Source: Azolla caroliniana (taxonomy: Eukaryota > Plantae > Polypodiophyta). From it: 64,000 bases of DNA. The stretch covers positions 6,820,001 through 6,884,000 of the forward strand of contig JBHGNT010000008.1 in NCBI GenBank assembly GCA_043228905.1, written 5' to 3'. The notes beneath the pieces were generated by a model. That model searched no databases, was not told where the DNA came from, and was given only the letters and a program-made list of their open reading frames with translations. The position numbers and the translations under genes are program-made. The first letter of the stretch is position 1; every line of letters starts with the position of its first letter. This document shows, piece after piece, positions 1-12,749 of the stretch.

Positions 1-668
1 CGACTATTCCCACGCTGGGAAATCTTTGTGTGTCAATTCAAGTGATTTGTCATTTGCTCCATCGACATAGCTCCAGTAACCGTGCCCGAGCAGGTACTGG
101 TGCAGTTTGTAGGACCAAGACGCGTAGTTGTTTCTGTCGAGCTTCTCGGTAGGAAGCGAGCTAGCCATGCCTCTATCCATTTTTGTTTTCCCTGTTCTTC
201 TTGGTTAGTTTTCTTTTCAAGCTATGTCGGCTACAGAGGTTCTCAACCCTCGTGCTCTAATACCATGAAAAAGATTATGTGCGGAAGCAATAGAAAACCG
301 AACATAGAAAATACGCAAGTTTAATGGAGAGCTTGAATATGCATAGTATGCGGGAGAGACAAAGAGAGAGAGAGAGAGAGAGAACACACAGAACTAAATT
401 CAAAACAATACTCAATCTGTACATAGGATGTGCTCAGTGAGCACTTTTATACAAGCGCTGACTATCGGGCTGACCCAAGTACTTGAATGCTCATAAATGA
501 GCCTACTACACTAACTCCCAAATTTATTCCTTATGAGGAATACCATACTGACGACCTTCCGGTTTACACACCGATACGACCACGTTATGCGTACTGTTTT
601 ACGCACCCAATCTACGCACTGGGTTATGCAACATATTCTGCACTCAATGTTGAGCTTATAACTCAACA
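1..668 (-). mobile_element. Ty1/Copia 5' end: 5' LTR 266-668, iMet PBS 254-265, gag start at 168 running off the window
   Basis: Minus strand reads LTR..CA then TGGTATTAGAGC (iMet PBS, 1 mismatch). ATG at 168 gives MASSLPTEKLDRNNYASWSYKLHQYLLGHGYWSYVDG, a typical Copia gag N-terminus. LTR has TG..CA ends and a (GA)n tract. Confidence 0.85.
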
Positions 669-3600
669 GAATCCCTTGGAGGCCCTCCAATCTACTGTGG
701 AGTACCTACCCCTAGAAGTACATGATAGGTGCCCCCTCACATGGGGGTCAGCCCCAACATGGGCATCAACCTCACTGCTTCTTGATGAGGATCCTAATGT
801 GGAATGTGCAGGGCCTTGGTGGAGGCCGGCAACAACATGAGTGCAAAAGACTTCGGGAGGAGTTGAATCCCCTTAATATAGGGGGCAACATTTACATATT
901 GCTTTTGCAGGAACACCAGCTCTCTCAAGAGAGAACTCAGAGCTGCATAGGGTTGATGGACCACGTGGTGGTCGGCTGCATAGGGTGACCTCCTACGAAG
1001 AGGAGGGATCTACATCTCGATTAGCAATCAAGCCCGTTAGGAAGTAACATCACATGGCATGTTGGTAGCGGGTAGAGCCTTTTATGTGTTGTTGAAGTGG
1101 AATCACCTTTAGATTGGGGTGCTAAACGTTTATGCCCCTAACTCTTCCCCCAAAGAGCAATCTTTTGGAGGATGTTAGCGACAACATTGCCTGATGCAGA
1201 GGTGTGGGTAATGGCCGGAGATTTCAACATGATTGAGCATCTGGGAGATAGGAAAGGGGGGACCCAAAGACCGCTTCATGGTGCGTAGTTGGACTCATGG
1301 GCTTTTCTAATTGGGAAAATTGGGGTGAAGGATACATGGGGCTCTTCCCTTAGGAGATGTTCACATTCGTTACACTTCTCCTGCGCTGCAGTGAATGCTA
1401 GGGGTGGTAGTCTTGCGTAGCTAGACCGCATATACATCAGCTCGTCCCTCGAAGAGTTGGGGGGATCCTTTGCTATCTTGGTAGGTCTTACCTTCTTGGA
1501 TCACCAGCCGATGAGACTAGACCTTAACCCACCCCGCGGTAGCAAGGGGAGTCTCACTATGAAAATCCCCACAAAGATCATGAAGAGTGCAAAGGTGAAA
1601 ACGGGGTTGCAGAGCATATGGCGGGAGACCAATGTAAGTGAATCGGCCAATGAGGATTTGCAGAAGAAACTGGCCCTCTCCTCCACCTTTTTACAACAGG
1701 AAACCAAGATGGCCCTCCAGCAGGCTAGAGCCATTGAAACAAAATTATGGAAGTTCATTGCGGCCGCGCAACGTTTGCTACAAGCAAACCCTAGCTGCAA
1801 TTGGTCAAGAGCTAAACTGGAGGAAGCAAAGTTGAAGCCGCGGGAAAGGACGTTGGAGAAGAACCGCATGCTATTTCGCAGGGCTGTAGCATGGTGGGCT
1901 AGAACAGACGACAAGGTCAACCGTCATTTCTTTCATTCCAGGGCACCCAAGGGTGGTGGTGGACATATACAAGGGCTACGCAAACCAGACGGCTCAATAA
2001 CAGAGGACAAGGATGAGATTCTGCATATGGGAACCCAATACTATCGCGACCTGCTCGCACGTATGCATATGCAGCAAAATACAGAGCTGGCTGAGAGAGT
2101 GATGGCTTGCATTCACCCCAAGGTCACCCATGAGATGGAAGTTGTGCTTGATAACCCCATTTCTTGATTAGAACTCTCGAAGACACTTCAGGATTTGCGG
2201 AGAGGAGCATGCCCCGGCCCTGATGGTCTCTCACGAGATTTTTTTGAGATTCATTGGGAAACCGTTATCCCGGTAGTGGAAGCCGGGATTCAAGAGATTT
2301 GGTCCTTAGGAGCGATGCCAACTGGACTGGCGGAGGGGATGATCTATCTCATCCCTAAAGCGGCAAGGCGAAGATACTCGATCACGATCCTTAACACGAT
2401 ATACAAGATACTCGCAAAATTCCTAGCTATGCGAATAACAAGCTTCCTATCGGACATCATACATGAGAATCAAACAGGGTTTATCAGAGGTAGGTGTATC
2501 TTTGATAATGTGCTGCTTCTCTGGGAAGTTATGGCATTAGCAGATTGCACTGCATCGAGCTCGGCTACTCTAATGTTAGACTTTGAGAAGGCCTACGACA
2601 GGGTGTTATGGCCCTTTCTGGAAAGAGTGATGAGAGCTATGGGTCTTCCCCCGCAATGGAGGAATTGCACTTTTGCACTCTATCGAACTGCTACCAGTAG
2701 CGTGTTGGTATCTGGTGCAAGGGGCCCCGCCTTCCAACTACATTGCTTAGTGAGGCAAGGTTGTCCCCTAGCCCCATATCTCTATCTCTTTGTAACCGAG
2801 ACTTTCTCAGCCTTCTTACAAGCACCAAGTAGCGGACTAAGGGGATTGCCCATCCCCAATGTGACTGAGGATCTTCTGTTATCTGAATATGCCAACGATA
2901 CAGTCCTTTTTTTTGCAGGGCGATGATGCAAATCTGCAGCAAGTTGAACATCTTGTTGAAGACTTTTGTCAGGCTGCCAGTGCCAAGTTCAATTGGGATA
3001 AAACCCAAGGCCTCTGGTTCAACGAATAAGAGAAGCCAAGGTGGCATCCCCATGCTGATTTTGCACGGGTCCCTAATGGGACGACATTCAAGTACCTCAG
3101 ATTTACGATGGAGAGGGCAATTCCCAAGGGAGGGCAATTCCCAAGGGAGGGCAATTGTCACATGTGCACGCCAACCTAAGCAAGAAATTGAACCAATGGA
3201 GCGGGTCTAAACTATCCTTTGCTAGTAAGGTTCTTATTGCGAACCAAGTGATTTTCGCCACCATGTGGCACTCAGTCTCGTGCTGGATTATGGACCCTTC
3301 AAGCTTGCACGCGGTTAAGGCTACCATCAGGGGGTTTATATGGTCCGGTAAGGACAACCTGATGGTTGCCGCCAAAGTGTCATGGCATTGGTTAACACAA
3401 TCGCGGGCCAAAGGGGGGCTTGGCCTCATAGACCCCTTAATGCAGAGTCGAGCCTTGCTAGCCAAAATGGTGGTTCACTGCCTCCTGCCAGGTAAGGGGT
3501 GTTGGACGGTTCTACTTCACAATAGGTTGCAGGCAAAGACTCCAAGTATGGTAGGCCTTGCCCAACTCCTTGAATAGGTGTTGCATGGGTGCCGTCCCAC

Positions 3601-3937
3601 CCAAGATGGCTTGTCTTCCAGAGGAGAGGGTCACGAACTCCATCTTGCAGGCATGGTGTCACGTACGACATCATTTGGTCAAGAACACGCCAAAGACACT
3701 AACCGAGTGGTCTAGACAACCATTATTTTGGAACCCTCAGGTGTGAACACGTGATGACATGACGTTAGGCTAGCTTAAGGGCCTAGCATGGGGAAAGTTG
3801 GTGCAAACAAGGCTTCACTCTTTAAATGATTGGAGACACACAGTGGCTTTAGGAGGAGCCCAAGAGGTCCCATCCCCTCCCCTCAAGGGAGCCATGAAAA
3901 TGGGGAGATTGCTAGCTGAGGCAGTTGATAGGGTTCT
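669..3937 (+). pseudogene. Decayed L1-clade LINE ORF2 (APE endonuclease + reverse transcriptase)
   Basis: MRILMWNVQGLG at 785 (EN motif I), LLLQEH, GDFNMI, PGPDG, QTGFIRGRCIFDN, LDFEKAYDRV, RQGCPLAPYL, YAND, GGLGLID. Many stops and frameshifts. Interrupted at 3938 by an LTR. Confidence 0.92.
3113..3156. repeat. 17-bp tandem duplication (GAGGGCAATTCCCAAGG x2.6) inside the LINE
   Basis: Direct repeats visible in the sequence. Confidence 0.9.
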
Positions 3938-3986
3938 TGTAAAGAATCAAGAGATGAATTATGTGCAACGGAATAGATATGAACTC

Positions 3987-4024
<38 letters not shown>

Positions 4025-4459
4025 TGAGAGAGACAAGGAGTAAGACACAGAGAATACGCAAGGTAAAGTATATTAACAAAGGAGAAAGACTCAACATTGT
4101 ACAAGGTGGGAGGAGGGTGCTTTATATAGTCACCCTCTCTCTTCATTAACTACAAAACTCATGGAGCATGGGGAATGTGAAAGCTCATAAGTTATGTGTC
4201 ATAGAATAGGATTTTATGACTCATACTAAATGCTAGAATACAAAGTGGTGACATAATGGTGACTCTTGACCATTGGAGTGTCTATTCACTCTCAAGGTGA
4301 CTGCACACACTAGACCAAGTTGAGCTTGATTCTCAACACGCCCCTTCAAGCTCAAGTCGGGTCGGTTTCAGACGGTATCTGAAATCCGCTTCGACTCGCA
4401 TTCCAGAGTCCACGTCGACTCGCGTCAACTCGCATTTATGCGGAGTTGCGGAATCCATG
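3938..4459 (-). mobile_element. Copia 3' LTR (3938-4338) with PPT and 3' UTR; same LTR family as 60091-60501
   Basis: TGTAAAGAATCAA...TCTCAACA followed by CGCCCCTTCAAG (minus-strand PPT TTGAAGGGGCG). Clear similarity to 60091-60501. Confidence 0.85.
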
Positions 4460-4647
4460 TGTCGAATATGAGTGTATAATGGCCGTATTCACACTGTCCC
4501 TTTGGATAGCCCAAGTTTGGGCTATTTCTGTAAATAGCATAAAGGGCAGTTGCCCTAGGACAGTCACTATTTAAAGTGACTTTGTAACCTATTGTTGTCG
4601 TTGTTGTAACTGTTGCTATTGGAAGATAACGATTTGTTTTGTGCCGA

Positions 4648-4678
<31 letters not shown>

Positions 4679-7600
4679 GTGTCTATCTTGCTTATGCGCA
4701 TACATAGGTTCTTCTTCATCACAAATGTTGCTTGCACTTCCACATTGACAGCCTTGTCCCCAACATTTGGTATCAGAGCGTTGGAGGTTCTTCAACCCGC
4801 TGCCGGCCGTCATAGTACACCACACAACATTCTGCTTTCGTTTTCTTTCAAGAATAGAGAAGGGAGAAGAAAAACAAAAAGATCACATCTCACTGTGTTA
4901 AATCACAAATTAGAGTAAGCCAGCCAGCTGTACTTTGTTCCTATGATTGTAACCTCTTGAGGGGAGCTCCCTGTGCAATACCCGACCCAATCGTGCTTCA
5001 TTCGGTTAAACAACATCCGAATAGGTCACTGGATGCTATTCACCCGCTTGCTGTAACCACCCGTTGCAGATTGGTCTCCAGGCAGCAACCAAATTTGTGC
5101 TTCACTCGGCTGATTGACATTTGGGAGGATCAGTTGGATTGGTCCCTCTCATCGATGCAGTCATCCGAAGCAGAATCAACCCAAACAATCGGTTTCTTGT
5201 AATCGGTATTCCGCATACAATCGGAAGCTAACCGGGCTCACTCTGACTCGACAACATTCGGGAAGACCAACCGGCTCTGTCCCTCAAGTTACCTGAGTCA
5301 CTCCGAGCAAGTTTAGCAACAAGTATCCGAAACCAACTCCGAACTGGGTCTTACCAATTGAAACCGAAGCAGATGGCATCAACATCCGGCTCATCGGAGA
5401 TGAGTCTAAGGAGGTTCGACGGTTTGAACTTCAATTTATGGAAGGAACAAATGCAGGACTATCTCATAGTCAAGGGTCAAATATACCCGATGAGAATGAA
5501 AATCCTCCAAAAGCATACAAGGCAAAAGAGTGGCTAAAGCTGGACAGAATTGTCTGCGCCACGATTCGGATGCACTTGTCGGATTCAGTGTACTTCAGAG
5601 TGCAATCATGCACGACAACTTTTGAACTTTGGAAAACACTATCGGAAATGTATGAAAAGAAGGTCGTGGCAACGAAGATGTATCTGATCTGGCGCCTCTA
5701 CAACTTGCGGATGAAAGCAACCAATTCGGTTCAGGCACACCTCAACGAGTACAAAAGCATAAGCTCCCAAATCTCGTCTCAGGGATGAACTCAGAGCAAT
5801 GATACTCATGAGTAGTCTCCCCTCTTCATGGGAAACTTTTGCTACAACCGTGTGCAATGCTTCAACAGCTACCATTAAGTACTCCGAAGTCAGGAGCACA
5901 ATCTTAACTGAAGCAGCTCGGAGAAAGTCTTTCGCCAAAAACTCCGCATATGAAGCTTACATAGTACAAGGTTCGACCGACTGATCAAACAATCGGGGAA
6001 GAAGTTCTTCCCGACCGCCGAACAATCAACGAATCTGCAACTACTCCAAGAATCTGGGACACATCAAAGCCGATTGTCAGGCACTCAAAGAAAAAACCGA
6101 AAAAGCTCAGAGAGCGGATCAAAAGAGTAGCTAGCATGAGGAGGTCAACTACGTCAGCTCTTCAGCCGAAATTTTGATGACCGACCCGAACATATTGTCC
6201 ATAGAGAACCCAATCGAATCAGAAGTTCTACTTATGATTGAGGAATCGAGCACATGGCTTCTGGACTCGGGCACATCGTATCATGTGACACCTTTGTTGG
6301 GAGACAAGTCCCTCCGGATGGGAAGGGAGAAGAACAGTGCTGATGAACAAACCGGATGACGAGTACCCGGCTACGGAGAGCCGGATGGTGCAGACCTGGT
6401 GAGGAGTGCTCACCGGATGAAGAGACATATTCGTAAATATGTTTCTGAGAGTTGATCATGGCTATATTTGTAAATAGCCGAAAAGTCATATTAGTATAAA
6501 TATGACTTAGGGCAAACCTTTTAGAGTTGTTATTCTTGTTGGTGCAAGAAGAGAGAGAGAGCGTAACCGTGTACAGAGAGAGAGAGAGAGAGAGAAAGAG
6601 GTCGTTGCCTCTGTTGAAACCGCCGCCTGTGGCGAAGATCGTGAGCACGAGGTCGTTGCCTCCGTGAACTCACTGTTGTACATTCTAACATAGTGATAGT
6701 TTGCAGCCTGTGGGCTGCCGTGGTTTTTTCCCTAATTTGGGGTTTTCCACGTAAACATCTTTTGTACTCTTCTCTTCTTTGTGTCGTGCATTTATTTCCC
6801 GTTTTCTGTGGATGATTCTAAGCTCGGTTGTGGCCGAGCGTTGCATATAGGGAGTGTGCAGTTCCTGTCAACCTCACCGATCTCAGTTTCGGCAATACTC
6901 GGACCGGTACTCCGACTCAGTTCGAGCCGGGAACTCGCAACATTGTGCTATAATCGGAATCGGCACCATAGAGCTCAACCTTCCTCGTACTACACAACGT
7001 ACGACACGTTCCTGAGCTCTCAAGACCCTTGATCTCAGTCGGATAGCTTGACGAAGCTAGCATCCGTGCCGGATTCTCATCAGGAGGGTGCACACTCCAC
7101 AAAGGGAACCTCCTGCTTGCTCGAGGACCAAAGGTACACTCTTTGTACCCTTTATATGTCACACTCAAAGAGGGTGACTTATTTTTGGTTGATATCCCCA
7201 TGTCATTGTTATCGCACAGACAACTTAGACACCTCAGCAAGGTTGGCAAAACGCACCTATCAAGAGCCAGTTACATCCTCAAGCTGTGAGCATTGCCAGT
7301 ACGACAAACAGGTACCTGCATCACACCCAACATCTGCACCAAGAGAATCGAGTCGCCTCGATTTGGTCCACTTGGACGTCTGTGGCCCGATGCCACATCA
7401 GTCTCTCATCGGTGCTTCGTACTTCGTCAGTTTTATTGACGACTCGAGTCGGAAGGTGTGGGCTTACACCATCAGAACCAAAGATCGGGTGTTCTCAATC
7501 TTCTCCGAATGGCTTGCAATGGTCGAAAATTAGACCAGTTGGAAACTGAAATGTCTCCGAACCGACAACAGAGGAGATTTCAAGTCTGAAGAATTTGTCA

Positions 7601-10260
7601 AATTTTGCCGGGAACGCGACATTCGACGTGAATATACGGCACCGTATAGTCCAGAGCAGAACGGAATTGCTTAACACATGAATCGGACGATTCAAGAACG
7701 CATAGTATTCAAGTTCCAACACTCTAGACTGTCGGATGGCTTTTGGGCGAAGGCTCTACTTATGGTAGTACACATCATAAATATGTCGCCATGTAGACCT
7801 CTAGGACCTCAAATACCTCAGGAAATATGGATCGGCAGTAAGCCGAATTATGACAAGTTGAGGATCTTCGGTTGCGAGGCATACGCCCTGATACCGAAAG
7901 ACGATCACCGGAAACTCGAACCAAGATCAAGGAAATGCGTTTTCCTTGGATATGGACCCAACGGCAAGATCGGATACCAACTCTAGGACCCCGAGCACAG
8001 ACAAATTGTCTAAAGTTCGGACGTCGTGCTCAATGAGTCGGCTATGCATAAAACGACCGAAAGGCCTATTCAAGTCCACAGGGTAATATTTTCCGAAGTG
8101 CCAACCCTTCACGACGGCCTAGCCTACAACACGAGATCGATTTCACGGGTAACTGACAACTCTCGCACCGAATCCACCGATTCGGCACAACCGAATGGCT
8201 CGACTTCCGACCATCCGACATGGACACCCGGTTCGACTAGTCCAGTCATACCTCACAGATCCAAGAGACTGTTGCAACCTTCGGAGAGGTACTCTCCTGG
8301 AATTTTCTTTACCAATGTCGGCGGACCAACGTCTTACGAAGAAGCATCGGTATCTGCCTATTCAGCCACATGGCATCTGGCGATGGAGTCGAAAATGCAC
8401 TCCATTCGGGCAAACAAGACTTGGGACTTGGTCGAATTACCGAAGAATCAACGTGCTCTTCCACGTAAGTGGGTCTATCGACCAAAAGAGACATCTGACT
8501 CGATCACCCCAAAGTACAAGGCCAGATTAGTTGCGAAGGGATTTCGACAAGAATATGGTGTCGACTTCGACAAAATCTTTTCACCAGTGGTGAAAATGAC
8601 GACCCTTTGTTTCATGCTCGGTGTCGTGGCCGCCAACAACTTGGAGCTGATTCAGCTAGATGTAAAAACAACATTCCTCCACGGTGACCTACAGGAGGGA
8701 ATCTACATGGAGCAGCCGAAAGGCTTTGTGGCATCCAACTAGGAACATCTAGTCTGTCGACTCAGGAAGAGTCTCTACGGCCTGAAACAGGCACCCCGAT
8801 AGTGGTACAAGAAGTTTGACGACTTCATCCAATCGGTCGGCTTCTCCAAGAGCGATGAGGACCACAGTCTCTTCACCAAAACAGCTCAAGACGGGTCTCC
8901 CGTCTTCCTCATCATCTATGTGGACAACATGCTACTCTCCAGTCGGCATGCCGGAGAGCTCACCGAACTTGTTCGGAAATTGCGGTTGAAGTTTGCCATG
9001 AAGGACCTCGGTCCAGAAAGACACATACTTAGTATGAAGATTAGTCGGCATCGCGATAAACGACAAGTTTTCTTGTCTCAAACTGACTACATCGGATGTG
9101 TCTTGGAACGCTTCAACATGCACTCTGCCAAGTCTGCTTCAACCCCGCTCCCCATTAACCTTTGGCTGTCTCAGCAAGACTGCCCAACATTCGGTCCGGA
9201 GGGGGAAGATATGAAGTCGGTACCGTGTGCACCGACAGTCGGCTCCCTTATGTATGCGATGGTCGCGACACGGCTTGATATTTCTCACGCCATAGGAGTC
9301 GTCAGTAGATTCATGCACAACCTAGGCCGATCACACTGGAACGTAGTCAAGCATGTGTTCAGATATCTAGCTTGCACAAAAGACCATGGCATTCTTTTTG
9401 GCCCGAACTCAACCTCAAGCGTAGTCGGTTACACCAACTCGGACTTTGCCGGTTGCGTGGACAATCGGAAATCAACAACTGGATATTGTTTCAAATTCGG
9501 CAATGGAGCAATCTTGTGGAAGTCAAAACTTTAGGAGTGCACAGCCACCTCAACAACCGAAGCGGAATATGTAGCTACGTCCGACGCGGCAAAAGAAGGT
9601 TTATGGCTCAGTTGGCTGGCGCACACGTTTCGACAAGTCGACCTTGAGTCGGCTCTAGTTGTCTACAACGACAGACAGGGTGCCATTGCTTTGTCAAAGA
9701 ATCCAGTTCACCAGAACGCCTCCAAGTATATCGACTTTCGATATCACTTCATTCGGGATTGCGTCATCTCAGGGAAAATCAGTCTCGAGAAAATATCCAC
9801 AACCAATAATGTCGCAGATGCAATGACCAAGTGTCTTTCGGCGGATCGTTTCCAGTCCCTTCGGCACCAGATGGGCGTAATGAAAAATCGGTCCGGTTAA
9901 AGTCGGACGCATAGCATAGGATGGTTTCAGACCACCGACATCGGTTCTTTGCGGATCGGTTTCAGCTCTTCCAACCCGACCGGTTCGGTTTTCTGTCTTC
10001 GGATCTTGCCAACTCTAACAAAACCAATCTGTCCAACAACCTTGCATATACCTGTAACTTTAGTATAACCCATGTATACGCCCATTATGGGGGAGGGTCG
10101 AATACGAGTGTATAACGGCCGTATTCACACCGTCCCTTTGGACAACCCAAGTTTGGGCTATTTCTTTAAATAGCATAAAGGGCAGTTGCCCTAGGACAGT
10201 CACTATATAGAGTGACTTTGTAACCTGTTGTTGTCGTTCTCGTAACTGTTGCTATTGGAA
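4460..10260 (+). mobile_element. Decayed Copia: 5' LTR 4460-4765, PBS 4768-4779, gag-pol ~5373-9900, truncated 3' LTR 10096-10260
   Basis: TGGTATCAGAGC PBS. Gag FDGLNFNLWK, protease WLLDSG, integrase HLDVCGP/FIDDSSR, RT YKARLVAKGF/QLDVKT, RNaseH ADAMTK, in Copia order. PPT TATGGGGGAG. The 3' LTR matches the 5' LTR up to GCTATTGGAA, then breaks off. Confidence 0.92.
6295..6870 (+). mobile_element. Copia solo LTR (576 bp) inserted in the protease region
   Basis: TGTTGG...GTCA with TSD ACCTT/ACCTC. Splits host YHVTP|HRSQF. Homologous to 38710-39516. Confidence 0.9.
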
Positions 10261-12749
10261 TATAATGAAGTCGTAGTGCACTTCGATGTGCTCTGTCCGC
10301 GCGTGGAACACCGGGTTCCGAGCCAGATAGATACTGCTCATGTTGTTGCGGTAAAGGGAAGTCGTATCCTTGATGGGTACGCCCAGATCCTTGAGTATCC
10401 TTTTGAGCCATATGGCTTCACATGTGGCCACTGCCATGCTCCTGTATTCCGCCTCTGTGCTCGAAAGAGCGACGATTGGTTGCTTTTTGCTGCTCCAGGA
10501 TATTGCTCCACTACCGAGGGAGAAAACAAATCCGGAGGTTGATCTTCTATCGGTTTTGTAGCCGGTCCAATCGGCGTGTCTGTGTACACCTCGAGTCATA
10601 TTGGCATCGCGGTCTTGTAGAGGATGCCGCAATCCATTGTGCTGCTCACGTATCATAGAACTCACTTAGTGCAATCCAAGTGAGTATCACGCGGTGTTTG
10701 CATGAATTGGCTAAGGAGACCGACCGGATAACTGAGATCGGGTCGAGTGATCGTGAGGTAGATGAGACTTCCGATGAGTTGCCGATACTGAGTCGGCTCA
10801 CATGCTTTGGTGCCGGAGTTCGCATCGAGTTTGAGATTGCGATCGAGCAGGGTTGCGGCAGATTTCCACTTAGCCATCCCAAACTTGTATAATAAGTTGA
10901 GGATGTAGTGTGGTTGAGAGATCAAGATTCTGGCTGGAGTCCGAATGACCTCGATGCCGAGCAAGTAGTGGAGCTCCTTCATGTCCGTCATTTCGAACTT
11001 GTCGGAAAGGAGGGATTTGACCTTATTGATTTCGACGAGATGCTCACCTCCAATGACTAGGTCATCCACATATAAGATGATAACAATCGGACTTGCGGAA
11101 TCACTTCGTATGTAGAAGGAGTTGTCCGATTTTGACATACGGAAGCCGATTTGATGAAGATATTGCGTTACCTTCGAATGCCAAGCATGCAGTGCTTGCT
11201 TGAGGCCGTAGAGTGGCTTCTTGAGTCGGCATACAACTTTCGGATGGGTGCTCGAGTTGAAGCAGGGTGGTTGTATCTTGTACACCTCCTCTTCTAATTC
11301 TCCTTGTAGAAAGGCGTTCTTGAAGTCCATTTGATGGAGGTGCCACCCTTTCACCGTGGCAAGCACAATTACGGTCCGTACCGTTGTCATCTTTGCTACC
11401 GGGGCAAAGGTCTCTTTGTAGTCAACTCCATACGTTTATATGTAGCCTTTCGCTACGAGTCGCGCTTTGTAGCGGTTGACGGAACCATCAACGTTGTACT
11501 TCACTTTGTAAATCCATCTGCATCCGATCACCTTTTTGTGTGGTGAGGTGGGAACGAGATCCCATGTCTCATTCTTGCGTAGTGCCTGCATCTCCTTGTT
11601 CATGGCATCGATCCATCGCGGATCCTTGGCTGCTTTGGAAAATGTTTCCAACTCGCGTACTATCGCCACCTTCATCATAAAGGCATAGTGATATGCCATG
11701 TAGTCATTGTAGACGAATCAACTGACCGGATTCTTTTCACCGGTGGAGCAACAGAGCCTTTCATTTGCAGAGATGAGGGCTTTCTTAGGTCCAATTGGTA
11801 CATCGAAGCCGCTGAACTCACTGTCGAGTGAGTGAGTCGACTCATTGTCGTCGAAGCGATTGTCTTCGTATTCCGCCATTTTTGCCTTGCCTTTCTCCAT
11901 CTTCGGGCTAGGCCGTGATGTGCTTTGATCGCTCAAAGGCTCTTGTGGTCCGCTCAGTCGGGTCATGATCGGACTTTCTTCGAACACCCTTGTAAGGCGA
12001 TCTTCATCCTCTATCTCTTGTTGGGTGGATTTCGGGTCGAGCGGAGTCGGAGTTGAAGTTGTCTCTAGTGCGTACGAGGATGCGGGCTCATCAAAATCGA
12101 TGTCTCGACTTACTCGAGATTTTCGAGTTGAGGGGTTGTAGCACTTGTACCAGTGAGTATCCTACGAGGATACATTTCTCTGACTTCACGTCAAGCTTTT
12201 GACGCTCTCTCGTCGAGGATGTGCATGTACGATGGCGCCGAATATCCGGGTGTGCGATAAGTCCAACGTCTTTCTGAAGTATTTTTCATGCGAAGTGACC
12301 TCGTGCACTCCGGATGATGTGCACCGGTTCATTAGGTAGATGACCGTATTTGCAGCTTCGGCCCAATATGACTTGGACATATGCTTCTCGTTCATCATGG
12401 CCCGCGCTACTTCGAACCGATTTTTGCGCTCGGCTAGTCCGTTTTATTGCGGAGTGTGTCGGCAAGTGAAGTCTCGCCGAATTCCTTCCTTTCAGAGATA
12501 CGCTGTGAAATCGTCCGAGAAGTACTCATTGCCACCATCCAATCGAAGGCATTGTACATGACGGCCCGTGGCTTTCTCGACTTCATTCTTGAATTTTTGG
12601 AAGTGTCTGAACACTTCGCTCTTTTGCCGCATCGAATAGATCCAAGTGTGCCTAGAGAAGTCGTCGATGAAGAGCACGTAATATCAGCTTACGCCGAATG
12701 TAGCTGTCTAGGCTGGTCCCCATACGTCGGAATGGACTACGTCGAGTAG
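10261..12749 (-). pseudogene. Decayed Copia pol (INT-RT-RNaseH), host of the intact Copia
   Basis: FIDDFSR, YWAEAANT, YKARLVAKG, LYVDDL, SWSSKKQ, HIEVHY. Continues at 18113 across the AGTAG TSD. Confidence 0.9.
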
